Shown here piece after piece: positions 1 through 29,894 of a stretch of DNA of 64,000 bases. How positions within the stretch are numbered: position 1 is the first letter of the stretch; every line of letters starts with the position of its first letter. Both the position numbers and the translations under genes were made by a program. The notes under the pieces are model-generated. The model was not told the origin of the DNA and made no database searches. It saw only the letters and a list, made by a program, of their open reading frames with translations. Source of the stretch: Antedon mediterranea (lineage: Eukaryota; Animalia; Echinodermata); the NCBI RefSeq assembly GCF_964355755.1, contig NC_092671.1:10044001-10108000 (forward strand), given 5' to 3'.

Positions 1-3000
1 TGGCTTTGTTGAAGCTGTGTTACTTCTTCCGACTGTCGTTGAAAACCTTGGCCTAGCTTTTAACTGAGCAGACTTACTTTTGTTCTCTTTTGCAGCAAGC
101 AACGGTGATCTAAAAACACAATTTCAGTGCAAAAAATATATTTAAAGAAATTGTTTCAGTCTATGAATTCAATATGCTTTTAATTTTTCTATTCACATTT
201 ATGGTCGAAACATGGATATACGATATTCCATAACTTGTCATTGTGTTAAACTTAAATATCAATAAGAAAAATCAATTAAAAATTGCTTTAAATTGAAAAC
301 AGATACAAAAAGGTAATAATCGTAAAATATACAATAAAATGTCACCGCACACACAATAATTTTACACAGCAATTTATTATTATTAGTTTTAAGAATAAAA
401 TTATTTTCATATACTCACTGCAATAACATGTCAATTGTATTTTGTATTGCTTGTGTTTTACGATGCTGACTTCCATACAAGTTTGATTTGATACCGTGGC
501 ACTGAAATTTTATTTTAATCAATAAAAACCCTGAGTGAGCTCTTTTAACCTTTTCTTAAACAACGAATACAAAAAATTATAAACTTTTGAGGTATTTAAT
601 CAATAGTTGATCTTAAAATCAATAGTAGTAAGTTGATGGCAAATAGTTTTTATTGAAAAGAAAGAGAAAATTATGCACAGAATATAAATAATTACCTTTT
701 TAAAATATATTAATGCTTTATCAAGTTTTCCCTGAGCCATTAGAAGTGAAGCATATAACTTATAACTCTCACCAACTTCTTCACTAAGTTCACCATACAC
801 TGTGTTCTTAGCCGATATAATGCATTTTAACAAATCTATGGCTTCCTATATAAAATGAATACAATTAGTGAGAAGAACATTGCATTTGTATAATGCTCTG
901 GTCTACACAATCAAACTAGTGTGATGTGCTCAAATATGGTAGTGATATGTCCAAATATGGTAGTGATATCATCATGTCCATATATGGGCACACCCCATTT
1001 TGTTGTCACATAAAGTTTGAAAGTGTAGACAGATTTTTAGATTGGATTTCTGTTTTTTTATTATTGCTTCATAATCACTGTATAGTGCTGTCATATTGAA
1101 AGGTTTGTACAGTATTACTGCAGTATTGCTTTCCAGTTTATTATAGTCCTGCAGAATCTTAATTAACATTTGCAGGTAACAGAGCCTGTAGCCAGGAGGT
1201 TCTTTGCCCCAAAAGGAGACATACAATGTAAGAAGCACTAATGGATCAAAGCTATTTAACATGTTTTAGGCCTAATCTAGTATATTTGCCTGCTGGCTAG
1301 GTGGTAGGTAGGTTTGGCCAAATGGACATGAGCTAGACCTATTTACTAGCACTTTTGCTGGTCTCTATTTGGAAGGCCATGGAAAAGGAGGTTTCTTTCA
1401 TACCATAGGAAACCCCCTATCTAAGGGCTTGGTAACTCACCTCTGTGCGTTGTGTTCGTATGAGTAATTTGCAAAGCTCTTCTTGCACCTCAATTGACTT
1501 GGCATGATGTTCACCATGAACAACGCTATATGTACCAAGACTCTCCTCTAGGTAGCGTTCTGCAGCATCTATTAAAACAGAATACACTATCAAAGTTTGA
1601 CCAAAAAAAATGTGATGTGCCCAAATATGGTAGTGATACGGCCAAACATGGTAGTGAATGACATCCTCATGTCCATATGGGTACATCACATTTTTTTGTC
1701 ACATAAAGTTTGGTTTTGTAGACAAGGCTTTATACTCAGGAGTATAAATTGGTACCAGAAATTGTCAACTCTCTCACAACTGGTAACCAATCTTTACTAC
1801 TGTTCATGCAAAACCATGCTTACTTTCTGCCTCAGTTGTGCCGGATTTGGTATATGCCATCGCAAGCTGATAAGCTGTCTCTCCTGTCAACTCTTGTGGT
1901 CTTTTTGAACTTTGAAAAGACAAGCACATTAATGTAGTGATTTACAAATGTAAACAATAGGTAAAACGTTGAGAGTATATTTAATTACAAAAATGTGTGA
2001 TGTGGGTTTTAAAATACTTATATTGTCCTGTAACTACAATATCCGCACCTACAAAATTGTGTGGCAGCCCTGTGTCAACAATTGACAAATTAAATGTTCT
2101 GAATGCTTTGATTCGATCCCAAACTTAGACCACCTCAAGAGTGAGTTGACCTAAATGATAAATATAATAGCTGTGAATGCTATGTGTTCGATCCCGGAGT
2201 TGCCCAAATTTAGACCACCTCACAAGTGAGGCAGTCAGTGAACTGTATTAAATATATGACCTTAAAATTAACATGCAAAAATGCATTTTCTCTCAGAAGC
2301 TAAACAGAAGTGTAAATGGTGTCTATCATACCTGGAAGATGCAATAGAATGGGCCTGAAGGAAGTATTCAACAGCTCTATCATGATCAGCTTTGTCCTTC
2401 TTGCTTTGTTCTAGTCTTCCCATATCTTGGTAAACTGCTACTAAATCACTACTTTCCTTGCCCGAGTCTCCCTTGATCAGCTTTATAGCTTTTTCATAGT
2501 ATGTGAAACCAGCTGTATGTCTGCCTTGACTTGCACACAATCTGAAGAAAACAATTATAAAAATATCATTATATACTGTACTGAAAGCAACCAAAATCAT
2601 GGTCACTACTGTTTGTATTATTTATTTATACTGGGTGACCTCTTCAGTCACAGAATAGTCTCTCAGAGGGCAGTTATGATCAGTGGATGTGATGTACTAG
2701 TACACATGGGTAACTTCCTACTCATCTCGAAAGATGTAGTAGGTTCTCCACATGAGCTAGATGTGTACACTGGATCTACGGTTTATAGTCCTTATCCGAA
2801 AAGACTAAAATAGTTCTTATCCCAGAAGAAGAAGAGAGCAAAGTAATACATTAGAGGTACAACGAATAAAAACATTATATAGACTAACCTTGCCAAAGCT
2901 AGTTTAACTTTGATATCCAAGTCGTCTTGATTGTATAGTTTTCTTCTTTCTTCACAACTTCTCTCTGCCTTTGCTAAGTTTTGTTCACCTTGGGGGTATG

Positions 3001-4302
3001 TTAGGAATGTTAAGGAATCATATCAAACCATATAAGATTGAATCAAATCATGATCAAAGAGATTTTGTGAATAAACTTGCCAGGATGTAATTGTACTGGG
3101 GAGCAGAAGTACAGATATTATTGTTATAAATATTTGTGTGTAAGTTTATGAATAAACATTGAATATTACAAATGTAATTCACGCAAATCATATAGAAAAT
3201 GTATAACAAAGCAAAGGATATTTTTTTAGAATAGTGCAAGCCCTTCCCAAGGTATAGTATGTAGTAATTAAAGCCAACAAAAGCCCAGCTTTGTCATCAG
3301 TACTAGTCGTTGAATGTGCTTCTTTTAGAAGAATAGTTTTAGCTAGGCTTGCATGATGCTCTGCCTGGGGAGCTAAACCTTTTAAAAACAAAAAATAGTG
3401 TTAAAATTAGTCAACATTTTTTTGCATATACAATCGTTCATTGTTATCATCAAATTTGGCTCATCTGAATTCTAAAACCTACTTCGTGAAACTAAATAAC
3501 ATAGCCACTAATGCTTAACTTATAAACATACAAGATTATAGCTAACATACACCTTTAGATATTATAGCCTTGCCTGTGCTTGCATCATACAACACGGAGC
3601 CTTGATTACTTATATATTAATAATATTTAGCGTACTTTTACCTCTTAGTTCTAAGTAAGCCTGGCCTAGGTTAGCATAACTATGTGCTAATTGCCAGTGG
3701 CCATCTCCATACACCAGTCTTGCCAGCGCTGTACAACGAATCCATTCAGCCATTGCTAAATCAACCTGAAAAATGTATTTAATGACATAAAAGAAACAGG
3801 AGAGCTGATAATAAAAACAAAATCATTAAAATTATGGTGATAGAGATGTCATAAGGCGATATCAACGACATTGTTAAATTGACAATGTTGATAATAATCT
3901 ATTCTTAGATTTAAAGTATCTGCAAAAATCAACATTTTCTCACATTAATAATGTATTGAAAATATAATTAAAAGTTTACCTTATTTTTGGCTGTGAATTT
4001 GTTGGCATACTTTTCGGCTATATGTAATCGGTCTTCTGGAGAACCTTGCTCATATCCAGTGTCAAGAGTTATGTCCGAACCGTAATCAGACGACACAGCA
4101 GAAGCATCGTCAGACCAAACACTACTGCTGAAACAAACAAAAAAAAGTAAACTGAGCACATTCCAAACATATTTATCTCAGGTAAGTAAGAAGTTTGGGT
4201 AATTTACCTAGCATCTTTTGGTGAATCTTCCTCTTCAGTGTGAATACTGCCATTTTTTTCACCACTACTGTCTTCACTTTCAAAACTGTCTGAGAATGAC
4301 AT
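1..4302 (-). CDS. TTC23: Tetratricopeptide repeat protein 23-like, 11 coding exons in window, 3' end beyond window start
   Basis: Exons (minus): 4302-4208, 4127-3980, 3765-3642, 3378-3222, 2999-2889, 2541-2332, 1909-1824, 1568-1441, 845-696, 501-419, 109-<1. All phases are consistent, giving 467 codons with no stop. The peptide EWIRCTALARLVYGDGHWQLAHSYANLGQAYLELRGLAPQAEHHA...LGRACTILKKYPQGEQNLAKAER resembles vertebrate TTC23/TTC23L as recalled. Intron 3221-3000 is AT-AC; all others are GT-AG. Confidence 0.88.
894..1036. mobile_element. MITE copy, family with TIR AAGCTCTGTCTACACTATCAAACT
   Basis: Degenerate TIRs (gctctggtctacacaatcaaact ... agtttgaaagtgtagacaga) and the core gtgatgtgctcaaatatggtagtgatatg shared with copies at about 1580, 21670 and 31266. 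Confidence 0.7.
1582..1731. mobile_element. MITE copy (same family as 31266-31429)
   Basis: tacactatcaaagtttgacc...gtgatgtgcccaaatatggtagtgata...aagtttggttttgtagacaaggctt; sits just upstream of the TTC23 exon 8 acceptor. Confidence 0.7.
2623..2806 (-). mobile_element. SINE fragment (Deu-domain-like), 3' part
   Basis: Diverged copy of 44260-44455 (ctgggtgacctcttcagtc...ctacggtttatagtccttatccga). Confidence 0.75.
3000..3221 (-). other. U12-type (minor spliceosome) AT-AC intron of TTC23
   Basis: Minus-strand donor ATATCCTTT at 3221-3213, branch point TTCCTTAAC at 3017-3009, terminal AC at 3001-3000. Splicing restores the frame (ILK-K-YPQGEQNL). Confidence 0.93.
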
Positions 4303-6047
4303 TCTTCCAAATTAATTATAATAAATTCTGTTGATCTGTGTGAACTAAAGAGAATAGAAAAAATACAACTGTATTAAATAATTTGCTTTTTGCTAAATTA
4401 AAACTACAGTGACTAATGAATATAATAACATTAAATAAAATCCTAATGTAGGATAGGCCTGGGCCCCCCAACTAGTAATTTTTTTTTTTTAAATAAAAAA
4501 ATGTGAAAAACATCCAACAATAAATTACAATCGGCTGGCATTTATACTTGTATTTGCTACGTATAGGTACTAACTCAGTACTGCATCCTCTACTCTACTA
4601 CTAGTTCCTACTAGTAGTACTACTAGTACTACTACTACAGTTAGCCTACTAGTACTCTACTAATAGCCATATAGCCTATAGGCTATGTCATGAAGTTTAA
4701 TATAAAATAAAGAAAGTAGCCCATCATATACAGCAGTAGGAAAGTCGGTATTTACAGGCCTAAAATAGTATTTTATATAACATAGATATTAGATATACAT
4801 CTGGGTCGGGCTGCTATGCTAGCTACGGTAAATAGTAACTAGGCCTAGGCCTAGGCTACTGGGCTTGCCCGGCCCTACCTCTCCTCTAGCCTAGTACTGT
4901 AGTAGCCTACTACTAGTAGAGAGAAGAGGCTAGCTAGCAAGGCCCAGAATGGAGATCTGATTATAGTAATTTAAGTAGGTATCTAGCTATGTTTTGTCTA
5001 TGTTTTAATTGACAGATTCAGTCATTTTAAACTACCCCCTTTTACCTTTCTGGGTTTATTTCTTACACACGATTATTTATTGTAAATGTTTATTATTAAT
5101 GAAACTCTTTCTCACACATATATCTCTCACTATTTCATATGTTTATGTTGTCATGAAAACGTTTCCAGAAAATGTATTAAAATTGATTTGAATTTGAATT
5201 TACAATCAATAATTAAATATATATAATTATGATTAACAATAGTGCTTTTAATTTGTAGTGTTATATAATTCAATCAAATATATTTTGTAATCAAATAATA
5301 CTTATTACCTAGTTTGTACGCTAACAATTTAATTTTTAAACATTTTATTTAACATAATATTTCTGGCAATTCGAATATACTAATTTGTTTACGTATAGGC
5401 CTGTGTTCCAAAAATTTAAAAAAATTAACCGATAATAAATCTTAAGCAAAAGAAATATTCAAATTGATTGGGAAGTAGTCACATGGTTTTTGGTTGAATT
5501 TATTTTGTCTTTTTATAAGTGAAAATAAAGTTATTTTTTATACGGACGTGATCAACTTTTTCAAAGACTTCATTTTTTTGGGGACAATACATCTTTTTAA
5601 AGCTGTATGCTAATTGATATGAGGGGAGAAGAGCAATATAGCCTAATTTTTAGGAGGTGGTGGGGGGGAGGGGGAGGAGGGCAAGTGATAGTTGTGTGAT
5701 GGCGATGTTACAATCCGTTATGCTTGATTAAATAATGACGTAATGCTAACCGGATATAAAATAAAGAAAGATTTATAATCTGGGTTGTAATACGGGTTAG
5801 CTCAGCGACATATGATATGATATGGAAGAAGCCTGTTATATTATTAATGGTATGCCGCATGTATTCATATCATAGTCAACTGGCTGTGGATCTAAAATGG
5901 AAAAATGGGCATGGGCCGGCGGGGACCGGCGATGTAAAATAAATCTCACTCGTTTTAAACTCACTGTCGCACATTCTATTTACACTCGGTCGGAATAAAC
6001 TTTAAAAAAACACGCGCACGCCGTACGAATGAGCAATATTAGTCATA

Positions 6048-6090
6048 TGTATACCAATAGAGATATTATACATATCTCTATGGGTATACC
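6048..6090. repeat. Short palindrome with flanking direct repeat, probable P-like transposon excision footprint
   Basis: gtatacc-AATAGAGATATTATACATATCTCTATGG-gtatacc. The arm ATAGAGATATTA matches the TIR type of the MITE at 24859. Confidence 0.55.
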
Positions 6091-6225
6091 ATTTCAGTAG
6101 GTTGAACATGGTCGACTGACTCAATGGGTGTGTGGTGCCAGTCTTGTCGACCAAAAGTCGAGAAATCTGTGTCCAAACCAGTGAGGTAAAGCTTCGGCTA
6201 TAAAAAATCATCAAATCATTAAAAA

Positions 6226-8153
6226 CAAAGATCTTATAATCTAAAGATAGGACACTCTCGGAATTTTACGTGCAATTCATGTAACACACATGGAGCTCAT
6301 TTTATAGGGCGCCCTCTCGCTCAAACGAGTAGATTTATGGATCAGATATGTCTACTGTATTGTAACTGAATACTCAATTTTTTTCATCACAATAATAGTA
6401 TATGATCTTTGGTTTATTCCAAAGATCTTATATACTACTTTTCATCCAGCAGCAAAACAGTGCATATTAGGAAAATATATTAGTCAAATATAGTGTGTTT
6501 GTTATAAACAATTAAAAAAGAACAAGAAGTCACTTTTTAAAATCACTACTTCGACTATTTTATTGCAGTAATTTTTAGGAATATATTTATAAACAATCAT
6601 AGGCTTAAGCCTACAGTCATGACATGAAACAGATTATGATAGTCAATTCTGAGACAATTCATACTAGGACTACTGCATTATGTACCCATCATTCGCCATG
6701 ACATTCATCTGTTATTATAATTTATTTAAAACCTGAGATAGCAATTAGTTATGTTATAGTAGTCTCAGTTTAAAATTAACTCAATAACTATTGCAAAATG
6801 ATGCACGGGCCACCCAGAGGAAATATAAAAAATGTAGAAACATTGAAATAAAATCATCATATTTAATTTACGCCGCACTGTTACTTGGTGTGGTGGATTT
6901 GGGACATCAACTATTGTAGGGACTGCATTCCATATACAAGTCTTCTTGTGACCATCAGTATTTGAGATTCTTCGAAATGAATATTGCACAAGCGGCAATT
7001 ACGATGTAAATAGGAACTTGGTTTCCTTCTCAAATCCGCGCGTCGTGTGTTCTGGGCCCATTTTGCACACCTGTAAATCAATAATTGTCTGGTGAGTTTT
7101 TGCTTTATCATAATTAACGTTTACGTAATTATAGGACGTCTGCGTGCATGCTAATTGATTTTCAAATTGGTTAGGGCCTAAAGTCAAATACTTAAGCCTA
7201 ACCTAAAACCACTAACTAACTAACGGTTGAATTTCATAAATATTAAGTATAAGATTCAATTAAAAATTGTTTGTTAGGGCTACTCAACGGATAAGTAATA
7301 TAACCAGGGAACAATAAAAATAGTGTAATTTCACTGTTATTATAACTAATGTCCTAGCCTAATAATGATAATAATAATCATTCCATGCGTTAATATAATG
7401 TATGTAACGGCTAGTTAAATTAAACGAAATAAAATAACCATGAGACAGAAAGCAAATATTAACCATGAGACGGAAAGCATGAAATAATCAAGATCACAAT
7501 TTGTTTATATTAAGTATTATTATTATTATTATTATTTGTATAATGTAAAAAGGGGGACTAGGACTACAGCGACATGCCAATTGGGCTTCTTGTAGTCTTT
7601 CGACCAAATTTTTACTTATATGCCAACAATTGTAATGATATAATATTTGGTCAATAAATGTTTCTTGAATTGAAAGTTTTAAAAGTTGTTTAAGGTACTA
7701 AATTTTAAAGGATAAAGTAATATAACCAGGGAACAGTGAAGAAATTAGTGTAAGTTCACTGTTATATAATTAATGTACTACTAGTAGCCTAATAATGATA
7801 ATAATAATCATTTCATACCTACGTTTAAATAATAATTATTAATAATAGGCCTACCTAGCCTAGGCCTAGTTTATTAATATATGTATAAATTGAATACACA
7901 GTAAAGTAAGGTTAGTCCCTACATAGCATAGGCCTATGTTAAGATGTAGGCTACTTATTACATAAATTTACCTGTTCTTGTCTTTGGGAAAATTGTAAAA
8001 CTTCCCATTCCCATTTTCTTAAGAATACTGCGATCGTCACGCAAAAGTTCGTTACTCGTTTAAGCGATCGAGGGGGCGCACTATAATTTGACGCTTCTAA
8101 AGTGTTACGCGTAAACGCGGGAAGTGTCACATCTTTAGTATATAAGATCTTTG
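6226..8153 (-). mobile_element. Non-autonomous P-superfamily-like DNA transposon, 1928 bp, carrying a THAP pseudogene
   Basis: 31-bp TIRs CAAAGATCTTATA(AT/TA)CTAAAGAT(AG/GT)GACACT (27/31 match), perfect 7-bp TSD TTAAAAA (6219-6225 and 8154-8160), and matching subterminal inverted motifs (gcgccctctcgctcaaacgagta at about 6310, inverted at about 8050-8080). Confidence 0.85.
6865..8015 (-). pseudogene. THAP zinc-finger domain remnant (transposase N-terminus), 2 exons, frameshifted
   Basis: Exon ending 7972 (FYNFPKDKN-R) splices through GT-AG intron 7971-7071 to RCAKWAQNTRRADL...CRLCNIHFEESQ, then frameshifts into WNAVPTIVDVPNPP. THAP hallmarks FP, W, CxxHF and AVPT are present. There is an in-frame stop upstream, the first CxxC is missing and no catalytic domain is seen. 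Confidence 0.8.
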
Positions 8154-8409
8154 TTAAAAACTACAATAGCGATAGGTGGCGCTATTATGATGTCGATCAA
8201 ATTAAAGATAAGAAATTCCGATTTCCAATGTGTCCAAAATAAAACAAGCACGAATGTGCAATACTCGGGGTACAGCGAAAGAAGCTGTAATGACGTCATA
8301 AGACCGGATGTAACGTCACATACACGTCAATAACCGCGCTACCAAATACGGCTATACGGTACCATCTTCGAGACGTGATATGGCTGCATCCGGTTGAAAT
8401 TAAATAAGG

Positions 8410-8600
8410 CCAACAGCCATAAGTCGCGTGCTCTCAGAAAAAAATGAACTTTCAAAAAGTAATGTACTTTAAAACTTTTCTGTACATCAAAACAGTTCAA
8501 AAAGTACAGAAAAGCGATAAAACGCATAGTGATATGATACCGGACCGACAGACAGACCGACAGACCGACCGACCGACATAGTGAACTATAGACTAAAAAT
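8410..8600. mobile_element. Possible Helentron/DINE-like non-autonomous element fragment with (GACA/GACC)n microsatellite
   Basis: cggaccgacagacagaccgacagaccgaccgaccgacatagtgaactataga. GTCY microsatellites are typical of such elements; termini are not resolved. Confidence 0.35.
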
Positions 8601-8842
8601 CCGGCTCTATAGCTTTGAGGACATGTCCCTGTAGTTTATTCATGCTAAATCCGAGCTAAATACTACAACGAATAAGGGAGGAGTAGTACTTTATACTTTT
8701 TGCTCAATAGTGTGTCCGGATGGAAGAAGAAGAGGAAAAGATGAGAGAGTCCTAGACTCAGGTACTCCGAGTAATAAAACGAGATATACTCTATATCATA
8801 TTACGTATACAGTATATTTCACCATAAAGTTAAAGAAAAATA

Positions 8843-8880
8843 GGTTTCGCCCGGGCTCGAACCAGGTACCTTCTGCCTGC
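8843..8880 (-). pseudogene. tRNA-Val-like 3' half fragment (pseudo-tRNA or SINE head)
   Basis: Minus strand GCAGAAGGTACCTGGTTCGAGCCCGGGCGAAACC followed by a T-run. T-arm and acceptor end resemble tRNA-Val; no D-arm or anticodon arm. Confidence 0.5.
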
Positions 8881-9634
8881 TTAAATGTGAAATATAAGAT
8901 TTGACATCCCCGAGGGAATGATATGGCTTCCTCGAAAGGGGTTGAATTGAAAGTGTACCCTTAATATGTGTCAATACAATGTTATGAAGAAGGAATTAAA
9001 TCTATTAAAACCAAGACATTGTAGGCCTACATGCATTACATCAATTATGTATGGGATACATGTATATAAAAATTGGCCGCGCATTAACCTTAAAACACAT
9101 ATGTGGGGGTACATACGGGACACACATTATTTGCATATAATTATTAACGAATAATCCTATCAAACTGACTAGGCCTCCTATGCCGTTTTAATTGAATCTA
9201 ATTAATGTTATCCACTGGTGGCACTTACCGATTTTATTACTAATTATAGGCCTATCCCAGTGAGCCTGAATTTAATTACTCCTTGGTTACGCACACAGTA
9301 ACTTATTGTAGAAATTGCAGTTCGATTTTGGTAGATTTAAACAAAACATAATTACTTATCATGTTATATAGGCCTAACATTTATGTATAAAAAATACACC
9401 GTTTCGACAAATGACAGAATTTCTTGCAAATGCAAAGTAGATAATTATTGTTATAGTAACCAGTTAAAATAACTGGCCTACAGTAAATTAATAGCGCAAT
9501 TGTATAAGTAAATGAAATTCACCTTGCGTTGAATTGAAATGAAATATATTCTTGTCTAAAAGTAAAAAGTAAAAGTAAAATCAGTGATGATGATGAATAC
9601 ACAAATATATAAAATGAATGGCCTTTATCAATTT

Positions 9635-9644
9635 TGCGCATGCG
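9635..9644. promoter_or_regulatory. NRF1/P3A2-type motif TGCGCATGCG about 230 bp upstream of the Smad ATG
   Basis: Motif match in an otherwise AT-rich, CpG-poor region just 5' of the gene; function untested. Confidence 0.4.
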
Positions 9645-9867
9645 TATTAAAGTACAATGCAGTATGCTAGGTTTTCACTTTTCGTGTGAAACAGCCTTCC
9701 TTCGACTCGATCCCTTGTCATGGAAAGCAAAACGTAGATGCAGAAAATAGAGTATTATTCACCTATTCGACAACTTATGCTATTTCAGGATTGTTCAATA
9801 CATTAGACTGTGGTTTAACCTCTCTATTTTAGTAAGAAAGTTGAAAGACAATTCGATTTTGAGGTAA

Positions 9868-27435
<17,568 letters not shown>

Positions 27436-29652
27436 AAATACACTTCAGTTATAAGGCCAATTTTGAGTACATGATTTAGAAATATTTACTGATGATCAGT
27501 CACAAGCTTATAGATATAAGTAAGGTTATTTTGAGTGTGTCAATCGTTTATATAACTACTTAATAAAGTAGATGCTGGTGGCTAATCAATGGATATCAAT
27601 ATAGTAACATTTTTATATTCTCCAAAAAAAAAATTATTGATAATCAAATTAAATATTTTTCTTTTAAATTGGATTGTAATATAGTTTTCAATTTTATTGT
27701 CTGATACTTGCCTTGACTATTCATTTTTACAAAACTTACGAACACAATTTGCAGCTAGTCCATCATGTATGGTTGACAAAAAGGCTATACTTAATACAAA
27801 CTGAAATAGATTTGTAATGATAAAGTTTGACAATCAATTTTTATGTAAGAATTGTCATGTGTAGACTATTGTATTAAACAGTTGTTGAGACGTTATACTA
27901 AAAACAAAAACAAACCTTTTTACTATTAAGGTGGCCCCAAATTGTCTCAGCTCGACTTAAATTGGTTATTGTCATTGTTTATTTATATTTTTAGTTTTTT
28001 ATTTTCTGTTAACATATTGATGTAAATAGCCTTTTTTTTTGTAAATATTTGCTTGTGTTTTAAGTAAAGAACAAAAGTATGTTGTATTAAATCAAATACA
28101 ACAACATGTTTTATTCGGAAATTAGTGGTGCTGTACCAATTGGAAATTTATAAGATTCCTGTATAAAGATTGTTTAAATAAAGAAATAATTATTATTAAA
28201 GTTCATATTGAGGAGATCAAAGTAGAGTTTTAAATTTTATATGTGAAGATTTTTCACATGTTGATGTCCGTAAATTAATTATAATGACTTAAAAGGTGTG
28301 TTTTGAGTTTTAAAAAACATTTTAGGATTCCCTCCTAGGCCTTGAGTGTTGATGGCATACAAGTTTAGTTTAGTCAGCAATTTAGCCTGCCTTTCAAGGA
28401 CTAAAAAACAATTCGTCAAAATCCGCCACAATTTAGTTGAGGTTGGCTTAATTTAGACAGATTTAGCTCAAACTACATTTAAAGACCGGTTTAAGAACAT
28501 GGTAGTAAATGTGTTGGAAAGATTTTAGGATTTAAAGAAAGTTTTTTAAGTGTGCATTGTTTTCTGGGAATCCGAAAAGAAACATTAATCTTCAGAACGT
28601 ACAAAACTGGCACCCATAATGCTTTGCCTTTGAAGTAACGTGGTCATTAAGACTGAACAAGAGAGGGCTCACTAACATGGGGATAAATTATATGAAGTTT
28701 GAAGGCAAAAGGTTTTTCCTCTTCTATACATTTAGCTTACTTTTACACTTGCTGTAAATACACCGTATTGTTATTTTAAATATAATATATAATATCCTGA
28801 TGTAATATATAGCTGTATTAGATATTTTATGTGCATGTTGCAAGAGAAATTTAGCTTAGACCAACTCGAAGAAAAGGCAGCTGATGTAAGCAAAATATAC
28901 ACAATTTTTACATTAAAGTAATATTTTTTTACAATTTGTTCGGTGCTTGCTGTAGACATAAAAATGAAACCTTGTTTTAAGAAGACATGGTCAATTGTTT
29001 TAAATGCTAATTATATACGTATGGAGTTGAAAGAGAGAATATATTTGGTTATTTTATACAGTAGAACTTTCATTGGGGTATGTTTGATCTGAAGGGCATT
29101 GTGGGAAGATAAAAGACGGCAAGAAAAATGTGTAAATAACATCAATACAATGATCCTTTTTACCAAACAGCAGGATGACTATGTGTGTACATGATGGCCT
29201 AAAGTTTAATTTGATTTTGGGATATATATATATAACATACTTTGTTGGATAAAAGACTACTATTAATAACTACTCAAACATCTTGCCCTGTGGTTTTTTT
29301 TTTAGTTACTACTGTAAATAAATGTATCGCTAAGATCATGCTTGGTTTGTAATTCACATTGTAGACAATTATTGTTTGTTCTATCAATCTGTGATATAAT
29401 ATAACATGCTACACTACATGATAACAAATCATGTAATATACAAGTTTGTAATGCTGTAATATTAAATTGGGATTTAATGGGTGAATATATTTTGTATAAA
29501 AAAAGTCTTGAGACCGTCTTCACTATGGTTTTTAAAAATGAATGTAACAAGTAAATTGTTTTATATGAAGAAAGTTTTTAAGGTAACTATATATACATTA
29601 TGTTCTAAACAATGAATATTATATTAATACTGCTGTTAACCAGAAAAATGTC

Positions 29653-29658
29653 AATAAA
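29653..29658 (+). terminator. Candidate Smad polyadenylation signal AATAAA
   Basis: Followed by a GT/T-rich tract and lies just before the next putative promoter. Implies a 3' UTR of about 2.2 kb; other AATAAA sites are possible. Confidence 0.35.
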
Positions 29659-29770
29659 TTACCGTATCTGTATTTTGTAATGTGTTTGGCTTTTAAAATG
29701 GACATTTGATATTAATTCTATGAAATATTGCAATGTCAAATCAAAATATTATAACAGTAATAATTTTGAT

Positions 29771-29894
29771 ATAGCGCCCTCTATTTGACAGTGCCTATCT
29801 AACTTTTTGGTTGTCGTCTGCTGCAGGCAGTGTGGTCCCGAGTGTGGTGCTCTCAACAGTCCCTTTCAAAGTTGATTTCGAATATAATATTTTG
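29771..29894 (+). promoter_or_regulatory. Putative LHFPL2 promoter and first non-coding exon with CTCF-like motif
   Basis: ATAGCGCCCTCTA at 29771-29783, a short GC-richer stretch, and strong donor TTG|GTAAGT after 29894. Assignment to LHFPL2 is inference. Confidence 0.4.

Noticed and set aside
4560-4990. Dense short palindromes (TAGGCCTA, CTACTAGTAG)
   Set aside because: These low-complexity motifs recur throughout the window with no discrete structure.
8843-8880. Functional tRNA gene (also 12740-12800 and 61785-61845)
   Set aside because: Only T-arm/B-box portions are present and no full cloverleaf can be folded.
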